Shown: piece after piece, positions 55,204-64,000 of the stretch
Position numbering within the stretch: the stretch's first letter is position 1
Layout of the letters: each line of letters opens with the position of its first letter
From: Octopus vulgaris
Taxonomy: Eukaryota
Direction of reading: 5' to 3'
Assembly: GCA_951406725.2 (NCBI GenBank)
Contig: OX597826.1
Span: 4,402,001-4,466,000 of the forward strand
DNA length: 64,000 bases
Made by a program: the position numbers and the translations under genes
Notes under the pieces: generated by a model
Told to the model about the DNA's origin: nothing
The model's database searches: none
Seen by the model: the letters and a program-made list of their open reading frames with translations, nothing else

Positions 55204-55704
55204 ATTTTGAATATATTTGTTCATAGTTTTCTTCTCAATACCTGTGTTAACAGTATAGGTAGAGGGTGGTTATTGTGAAGGTGTAGTATAGGTAGACGAC
55301 AGTCCCTGAGATGAAGCTATAGCTCATAGCTTCCGCCTTAAGGAAGGTGAATTGATGTTGTTTCTAGGGATTCTGCTAGTAGTAGTCGTAGCAGAGATGC
55401 TCTTCGTATTTGTAGAAATAATAGTAACAACGGAGAAGTTGTGGAAAGATTCTATTTATGTATTTTTGTGTGAATTTATTTTCTTATTATTTCAGTGTCC
55501 AATAATATAAGTGGATGGACATTATACTTAACTAACTCTTTATGTGGTCAATACACTTAACTGTCCAGTACGGCCGAATTGGGTCCAGCCTATATTAGTT
55601 CACGCCACACCAGGCAGAGAAATCAAACTTTTACACGTGTATACTCCACTTCCTTATTGCTTATCTCCACTGGCCCCTCCTCTCCCTTTCTCTCTCTGTC
55701 TGCG

Positions 55705-55753
<49 letters not shown>

Positions 55754-56537
55754 GTATATGTCTATGTGTATATGTGTGTGTAGAAATCAATCTATTTGTG
55801 TTTCGATTTAATTGTTCACCTTCCTGTCTTTCTCATGTTATGTATGTACGCTTGTGTGTGTGTGTATATATATACATACATATATATATATACACATACA
55901 TATTTGATAGATGTTAGAAGTTTGGATGCAGGGACACTATCTTGAAAACAATGAAACATATACATATATTAAATACACACACACACAAACATACGCGTAT
56001 ATCCGACACGCATCTTTCCCAAACGCTAGAAGACAACAAAATACTCGAGAACTCGAAGCCTCCCAATAGCACTCAGGGGCAAATGAAATGGTTGTGTAAG
56101 AAGACGGAAAAATTTCTAGTTGTGAAGGGAATTAAAATGTGGGGAATTCGGAAACTAAGAGATTAACAGCAAATGAATGCATAAATTATATATATATATA
56201 TATATATGTATATTACTGTCAAGGATTATATACCAAAATCTGTCGCTACCTCTACTACTGTTACTGCACAATTGCCTCCAATAACGGCACATATGAAACA
56301 TCACCATAAGAGGGAAAAAATAATCACATTTTGCATATTCTACTAAAATACCTCTAGAGATAACAAGTCCCACGATGATAAAAAATTAATGGAATATATT
56401 AATATGAATCTACATCCCCAAAAGAGAATGATGTACGTACTTCAGGGAAACGGAAGTACACCCCGCAGTGAAGTAGATAGACGCAGGCAATAATAACGAT
56501 AATTATAATAATAATAATAATAATAATAACAATAATA

Positions 56538-56794
56538 ATCTTTTCTGTCATAGGCACAAGGCTTGAAATTTGGCGGGAGGGGACTAGTTGATTACACCAA
56601 CCCAAGTGTACTTAATGTATCGATCCTGAAAGGATGAAAGGTAATGTCGACCTCAGTGGAATTTGAACTCAGAATGTAAGAACGGACGAAATGCCACTCA
56701 GCACTTTGTCCGGCGTGCTAACGATTCTGCCAGCTCGCCGCATTAATTAATTAATTAATTAATTAATTAATTAATTATAATAATAATAATAATA

Positions 56795-56832
<38 letters not shown>

Positions 56833-57072
56833 AATAAGCACACTGCCTCAAATATGAGGGAAGGCATTAAGTCGATTACATCGACCTCAGTGCGTAACTG
56901 GTACTCATTTTAATGACCTTGAAAGAATGAAAAGCGAAATCGACCTCGGCGGAAAATAGAAGCAGCAGCAGCAGCAGTAGTAGTTGTAGTTCTTTCTATT
57001 TATGGCACAAGGCCTGAAAATGCTGCTAAGCATTTCGCCCGTCGTGCTAAATAGTCTGCCAGCTCGTCGCCT
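56538..57072 (-). mobile_element. Cluster of SINE family A copies and fragments
   Basis: Reverse-oriented copies separated by (AAT)n/(GAT)n tracts. Confidence 0.8.
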
Positions 57073-57429
57073 TAGTAGTAATAATATGGCGATTTCAAAT
57101 TTTGCGACAAGGGCAGCAATTTGAGTGGAGGAGACGAGTCGATTACATCATTACTTCTTCTTTGTTACCGTCGATAAAAATTAATGCTGCTGTTAAAAAA
57201 TATTGTAAATACTTGATAAGTGTGATGACGGTGTGGTACGCTTCTTCTTCGAGCAGAACAACATAGCTTTTGTTAGAATCATAATTTTGAAACAAAAATG
57301 AAAAAAAAACGATTTCTCGGCACACAGGCTTAATATTCTGTGTTCTTTACTGTAAGTGTGTTAACCATATTCTTCTGAACGGATATACATACATACTTTG
57401 CCTGAAATCAGAACGCCATGTTGGATCGT

Positions 57430-57612
57430 TAGCTCCTACACGCATTTTTTTCTCTCCTTGTTTCTTTTCGGTGTATCTTTCTGTCGAAGAGCGTAGGCTC
57501 GAAACGTAAAAGACTTGTTTTATTTCTATTCCTGAGCGCCATACTAATACAAATGTTTGTTTTTACTCCACCTGCCTTCGTCTTTTGTTTATTTTCGTAA
57601 ACCTTCCCGTTA
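57430..57612 (+). mobile_element. Penelope-like terminal fragment with a variant hammerhead motif (57476-57513)
   Basis: tcttt-CTGTCGA-agagcgtaggctc-GAAACGTA-aaaga; the fragment ends in a TA-rich tract. Confidence 0.55.
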
Positions 57613-58122
57613 TATATATACATATATATGTATGTATATATATATATAAGAGAGAGAGAGAGCAATAAGAACATGGAGGGGATCAATAGCGGGGTTCATC
57701 GACTTTTAGACATTATATTACGTCAACTTATTTATTTATTTACTAAAATGACAAATGCAAGAATATACATACGCGTATAACAAATTATGCTTCACATATA
57801 AAATATATCGATACATAAAGATACCAGTAATTATTAAAATATAACGTATAGGAATAAAAATTGGGAAAATATCTGTGTGTGTGTGTGTGTGTGTGTGTGT
57901 GAGTGAGTGTATGTATGTATGTAATCTCTTTATTTTCTGAACGATTGCAAGTGACGAGAAATTCAAAGAAACGACGGGATGAGTCATCAGCTGTTTCTAA
58001 ATAAATATATTGTACTATTCGTATTGATCATTCTTTAATTCGTTCGTAACGCCAAATGTGTGTGCGTGCATACAAACATACATACATACATACATACATA
58101 CATACATACATACATACATACA

Positions 58123-58158
<36 letters not shown>

Positions 58159-58599
58159 TTGTGTGTGTGTGTTTGTGTACCTGTCTTCTATGTCTATATA
58201 TAAGAGCATGTCTGTTTGATTGATGTGTTCTTGTATGAGCATGCGTTCAAATTTTACGTGTGTACGTGTGTCACACTTTGTGTATATTTGTGTGTGTGTG
58301 AGTGTGTGTGTGAGGCCAGAGGCCAATAAGAATTACGACAGCCATCTTGTTCTGATTTCAACGCACAAGATACAAAGCTCTGCCAAATGACTGATGCCGT
58401 GCCAAGAATTAGTATAAATGAGATTTTAAACCGATAAGGACATTGACAAGACAAATATTCCTTTTAGTCGTTTTTAATAATGTTGTTATTGTCGTTGTCT
58501 TCGTCGGCCTTGTTTATTGATTTATTTATTTTCTGTTTTCAATAGGATATAGTAAAGTGTAGTATAGAGCACACACACGTAAATACATATATATACATA

Positions 58600-58641
<42 letters not shown>

Positions 58642-58892
58642 TATAGCAATACATTGCTTAACAATATTTCGATTAAACGAACCCACGTTTTAGTGTTATT
58701 TTATTAAGGTTATAAAAATAAACTATTTAATTGTGCAGGCATCGGTGTGTGTGGCTAAGAATTTAGCTTTACAACCACGAGGTTTCAGCTTCATCACCTC
58801 GGACAAGTGTCTTCTATTCATTTACTATAATCCTCGGCCAACCTATGCATTGCGAGAGAATTTGGTGGACGGTGATTGTGTCGAAAAATGCC

Positions 58893-58923
<31 letters not shown>

Positions 58924-60011
58924 TAAAAGGTACTGTGTGTGAAGGTACTGCGTATATCTATTCTGTTCTCCCGTCCTCGATTAACAAAGCAGTGTCGTTT
59001 GAAAAAAAATATATACCAGTGTCGACTAAAATCCGTCAAAAGTACTGCCCCAGTATAGCTTAACTCTGATGTCTGTACCTTTCTATATTAACCTTTAGTA
59101 CACTACAGGTGCATCATGTCACTGTATGAGTTTTCTCCCCTGTAGTTACAGTACATTGGGAGAGGAAATAATGCAGTGTGCTAAACTTTAAAGAAAGCAG
59201 GCATTATTTAAAGATTTGGTAGCTGTCTCTAACAGGACGGACAATTATCTAGAACAATACTGACAACACTTTTTAGTCGAGTGTACCAGGAGTTTAATTT
59301 ATTTGTTCCATCTTCTTATATCTTTATCATATTTATTTTACATTTAGGCAAATGCTTAAAAATTAAACCTATTATAAACGTGATAAACCAGAGTTGTTTT
59401 ATTTTTAAATCAGTCCATCGTACGTCCACATGATACACGTGACATTGGGTTGCGAAATGTGTGTCAACGCCGCGTTATCACTGAACAAGAAGTTACCTTC
59501 AGAGCCAATATTTTGCTGTTGCGTTAAGTTTGTAGTAAGATAGTTGTGTATGAATTTAACATGATGTGGTTGCTATTTCAAGCTGTTAGAAGGACGATAT
59601 AGTAGTTCCTTTGTTGCGCATATATATATAATGTGTGTATGTGTGTGTGGTTTCTTACTGTTATTGTTATTTTGTCTGTCAATGCTAGATGTATTGTCCT
59701 TTTATTTAATTAACTTCCATCACAGAGACGTACTAATTAACTTAAATACAAAATTACGAGACAGACGCAAAGAAAAGAAAATGTGCCCAAGACATTGAAA
59801 CACGTTTAAGTTTGTGTTGGTGTGTTTTGAGAGGGAGTGGGCCGGAGGTTGCATGTGTGAGATGGTGGTGGGTGTTTACGTCAGTGTGTGGGTGTGTTTG
59901 TCGGTTTTCGGTATTTTTTATTAATTAGTAATTATGTCCAGGCATTCACTCGTAATTTACTTTCATTTAAAGAATTAACCAGACAGACAGGTAAATACAC
60001 CTTGTACGATT

Positions 60012-60045
60012 ACTTACCTGAGTAAATGAAAACGGTTAATTAGTG
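60012..60045 (-). promoter_or_regulatory. Recursive splice site (ratchet point) motif
   Basis: Minus strand cactaattaaccgttttcatttactcAG|GTAAGT: a branch-like ctaat, a pyrimidine tract, then an acceptor directly fused to a consensus donor. Confidence 0.5.
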
Positions 60046-60594
60046 GTGAGTTTTCAATTGAAGATATACAGTAATTGTATATACTTATGTATGTGTGTGT
60101 ATTCTTACACACAGGCTCACGTTCTCGTACACTTATCTAAAATCCAACGTTGCCATAATACTAAACTTGATAGATCAGTTTCTGATTTTCAGAAACTGTT
60201 CCATGTCTTCGTCTAAATGGAAGGCTTTTTTTAGAGATGTTCACGCGTTTCTCAAAAGACTAGGCTCATAGCCTCAAATTCTGCGGCTCAAATCATAAAA
60301 AGAGCCTTGATTTTGTTTGGAGGATCACTAAGAAACAGTAAAATATCAAGCAATTTTTTTTTTTTTTCTTATATGTTTCAGTCATTTGACTGCGGTCGTG
60401 CTGGAGCACCGCCTTTAGTCGAACAAATCGACCCCAGGACTTATTCATTATAGTAGAAGGCACCTGCCCAAGGCGCCACGCTGTGGGATTGAACCCAGGA
60501 CCATGTGGACGTAGTGACAGTTTTATTTGCGTATCTCTATGCAGATATATATATATGTATCTATGTGCATATGCATGTGTATATATGCATGTGT

Positions 60595-60637
<43 letters not shown>

Positions 60638-60881
60638 AACTGTTGCAGACTGTTACGAAAACTGTGTGTGTTGAAACATATTCGGTTGACATGGTTTTCT
60701 CTGTCAGCTTTCAAGAATATAGTTCCAAATTTGAGGTCTGTACTTGTAAAAGGTAACCAATATTTTACCTATGTGTGTGAGTAAACTCTGTGTGCGGATC
60801 TGTGTGTACTAATATAAATGCAGAATTACACACACACACACTCACACATCATAAACATGTACCATCCTCAAATATATGTGC

Positions 60882-60959
<78 letters not shown>

Positions 60960-60991
60960 TGAATACGTGTTTGCGTTGTTATATACACGTC

Positions 60992-61048
<57 letters not shown>

Positions 61049-61531
61049 GTATATGCAAGCATAGGTTTGTACATATGTATAAAAATACGTATGTATATAT
61101 ATATATATATATATAAGATATTTATTTTTGAAAGTATATATGTTTATATCATTGTAGATGTGTAATACAATCGGCTCCTCTTCTTTTCTGCCCCACCCCT
61201 CCCTCGCTCTCTCAATGCCAGCCCTGTTTATCCTTTGTGTCTTTTGTAGAAAACGTGGACAGTTTACACAGGAATGCGTACATTTTAGACGACAAAAGCC
61301 ACGTAGAAACAAAGAGAGTAAAGAGAGAAAGGAGGAAAACGAAAGACAAAAACAACAAATACATTTCGTTGTTTGTCACGTTCTAAGTAGATGTCTAACT
61401 ATATATATATGGTTCTAAGAGTTTGTTTCCGGACGAAAAGACGACATTGATGGCTAGGATTGTCAGTCCATTCTTTATACCTTTCTATTATTTCTTCCTT
61501 ATTTTTATTATTTGCGAAGACACCCTCTTAA

Positions 61532-61572
<41 letters not shown>

Positions 61573-61957
61573 CACGTACCTTTGCATAGAGAGAGAGAGG
61601 AAACAGCTATTCTTTAGTCTGTGTTGTCTGAAACAGACGACTGTGTCCTAGTTAGATCGCTTGTTTAATAAAGAAAATTATTTTCTTTTATATGTATTAG
61701 TTCTTCATGTTTAATTTGGATTTATGCCGTAATTAACGTCTCGAGGCTCTCTCGGTTTCATTACCTGAATAAAATAATTATGGGATTCGTTTATTATTCG
61801 AGCACTTAAAGCCGGAAAGCATCGTGAGGGTTACACTTATTACTGTTTAAATATTCGTGTCTTGAATACATACATGAACAGAAATATATGCGGAATGTAA
61901 TACAAAACAAGGTGTTTTTTTTTATTAACTGACATACCGCATTCAAATTGCTCATTT

Positions 61958-62508
61958 TTATTTTAAAGTACCACTATTTCTAATACAAAGTTGCTGCTCA
62001 ACATATTCTCTATCGCAAGCGACCATCTTTGAAAAAAAAGAATCAGATGTGCTTGGTTGTGCCTATTGCTGCACACCTCGCACGAGTCATTAAATCGTTT
62101 TTCTCGTTAACTGGCTATTCGACCAAAAAGGTTTAAGTCAGGCAACAGGCCGCCACTGACCAGCCCAATTTGCCGATTGTCTGATTTTGGGCCAGATATG
62201 TGTCCAGTCACGCATTGTCATGGTGAAAGTGGATTGTTTTCAGATATATGTTCCGCCTCTTCTTCTTAATGGCTGTCTAGGCTTTCTGATATTCTCAACG
62301 TGCTATTCGCTGTTCTAGGTATAGCCACGTTCCAAAAGATCGGGAATAACGTCTTTGTTGATCCCAAATCAGCCATCATGACATTTATTGCTGGCTCTTG
62401 AGATTTTCAGGCTTTCCTTAAAAGTTATGATGATATTCGAAGAACTGGGCCTTGGTTTCCGGAACTTAAAATATGCTCACGTTTTCATTCCTTGTCACAA
62501 AACAAAAT

Positions 62509-62553
<45 letters not shown>

Positions 62554-62910
62554 TATGATAATAATAATAATCTTTATTGGGCTTTCATCTTTCGTTCCTT
62601 CAATCTGAGTGTCACTTTTTACAAACTTTCCGGTGTCCAAATCTTGCATTATCTTCTGCCATCCTTTGTGATCAAAAGGCAGATGAGCAGCAATCTCAAC
62701 GAATTGTGACTCGCTGAAAATTCGTGTCAGTGTTCGTAGTTGGTGGCCCCGTCCTTTGTTGTCAAAATTCTCCATCCATCAGTGCACATTGACCATGTCA
62801 GAAATGCCATCTCCGTGAACAACCTGTAGCCTTCTGCAGGTGTTGAACACCTTGCTTCCCTCCTTCGTCAAGATTTCAATGACAGCACGTTGCTTCAGTC
62901 TGGAATCCAT
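61958..62910 (-). pseudogene. Decayed mariner (DD34D) transposase
   Basis: N-terminus MDSRLKQRAVIEILTKEG, catalytic HFHHDNA and DLNLFG...KRFND. It has stops, frameshifts and an (AAT)n insertion at ~62510-62570. Confidence 0.85.
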
Positions 62911-64000
62911 TATATGCGTGCAGTGAAAAGAAAATACAAGGAAGGACAGATTCTATAGAGGAAGTGATACTCTACCAATACATGCAATTAGAACCGTCTA
63001 TGTCAGTTAATAAAATGAAAGAGGAATTCCCTGTGGACCAGATGCTGGAGCATGTCTGTGAGTGACTTTGTAACAAAGAGTTGAGTTGACGTTTTTTAGG
63101 TTATCTCTGTGAGAAGCGTAATTTTATAAAATCTTGGTGGATATCGGGCAAACTTGGCAAGATTTGAACTATGTAATAAAAGGAGAACGGTAAAGAACCA
63201 GAACATCCACAAGCCTTATGCTATAACGATTCTGCCATTTATTTGTTCGCTTCTCTGTCTTTTTCTTTTTCACGACTCCTTTTGATCTGAATCCCCCCCT
63301 TTTTTTTCACTATCCCTTTTGATCGGAATTCGCCCCACCTTTGTTCCCCTTCTCTTCGTCCCAAAAAGAAAAGCTCTACGTTGTATTTTATCCTTTCTGT
63401 GTTTAGCCCTATCTATCTATCTATCGCTCTAATAATAGTATTGATTTTTTTAAATGTTGTGATGAAGTCCTCAAAATTTAGGGATATGTAGAGCCGATTA
63501 AATCGTTCCCAATACAAGCAATTACTTACTTTATTAGTATCAGAGAAATAATTTTATCTATTTATGATCATACTGTGATTAGCACCAGAACTATGCGGTA
63601 AAAAAAAGGATCTGTAATTAAATACAACATTGACTCACATTTAGTCAAACGATTTTACATTTACCGAAGCTGCTATTGCAATAGCAACATATACTAATGC
63701 TGCTGCCGCCGCCGCTGCTGCTGCTTTCTTTACGAGGCAGTTTCCAGACATTGGGTGGCCATCTCCTAAAATGGCAGTAGCTTTCTATGTGTGTATGTGC
63801 TATGTATGAAAGCCTTTGTGTATGATCGTGTTTATGAATACACTCACATACACACGTATACATGCATGCTATTGTGTGTTTTGTATTTTTATGCCAAAAC
63901 ATATAAACATATACGAACGTCGGGGTATGTTTTGGCGTGAGTTTGACAAATATTTGAAAACCCCCAAATACATAGCCGAGTGTTATGTCTAAAACCATGT

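Noticed and set aside
14-63998. Most ORF-track entries (YI, HT, CV, LS, poly-I, poly-M and poly-D runs)
   Set aside because: They are translations of stop-free microsatellites or of SINE consensus sequence such as MRNWYLIYRPRKDERQ, not genes.

Overview
AT-rich, microsatellite-dense eukaryotic genomic DNA that is very likely octopus, inferred from its tRNA-derived SINE families. Almost all ORF-track entries are translated (AT)n/(CA)n/(CAT)n repeats or SINEs, and there is no complete recognisable protein gene. The window reads best as large introns of a minus-strand gene with short, phase-compatible candidate exons at 48000-48044, 36496-36603, 14992-15025 and 5607-5638, plus a possible terminal exon at 466-542; the product is not identified. 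Mobile DNA includes several SINE families (one four-unit tandem copy), two decayed Tc1/mariner transposases, Tc1/mariner and hAT MITEs, 3' ends of restriction-like-endonuclease (RLE) non-LTR elements, and Penelope-type hammerhead motifs. The most notable structure is a 149-bp inverted repeat with one mismatch that brackets the 108-nt symmetric candidate exon and sits next to a 79-bp palindrome. Other notable items are a head-to-head tRNA-headed element with minimal hammerhead ribozymes, a recursive-splice-site motif, and four decayed protein-like fragments of unknown origin.
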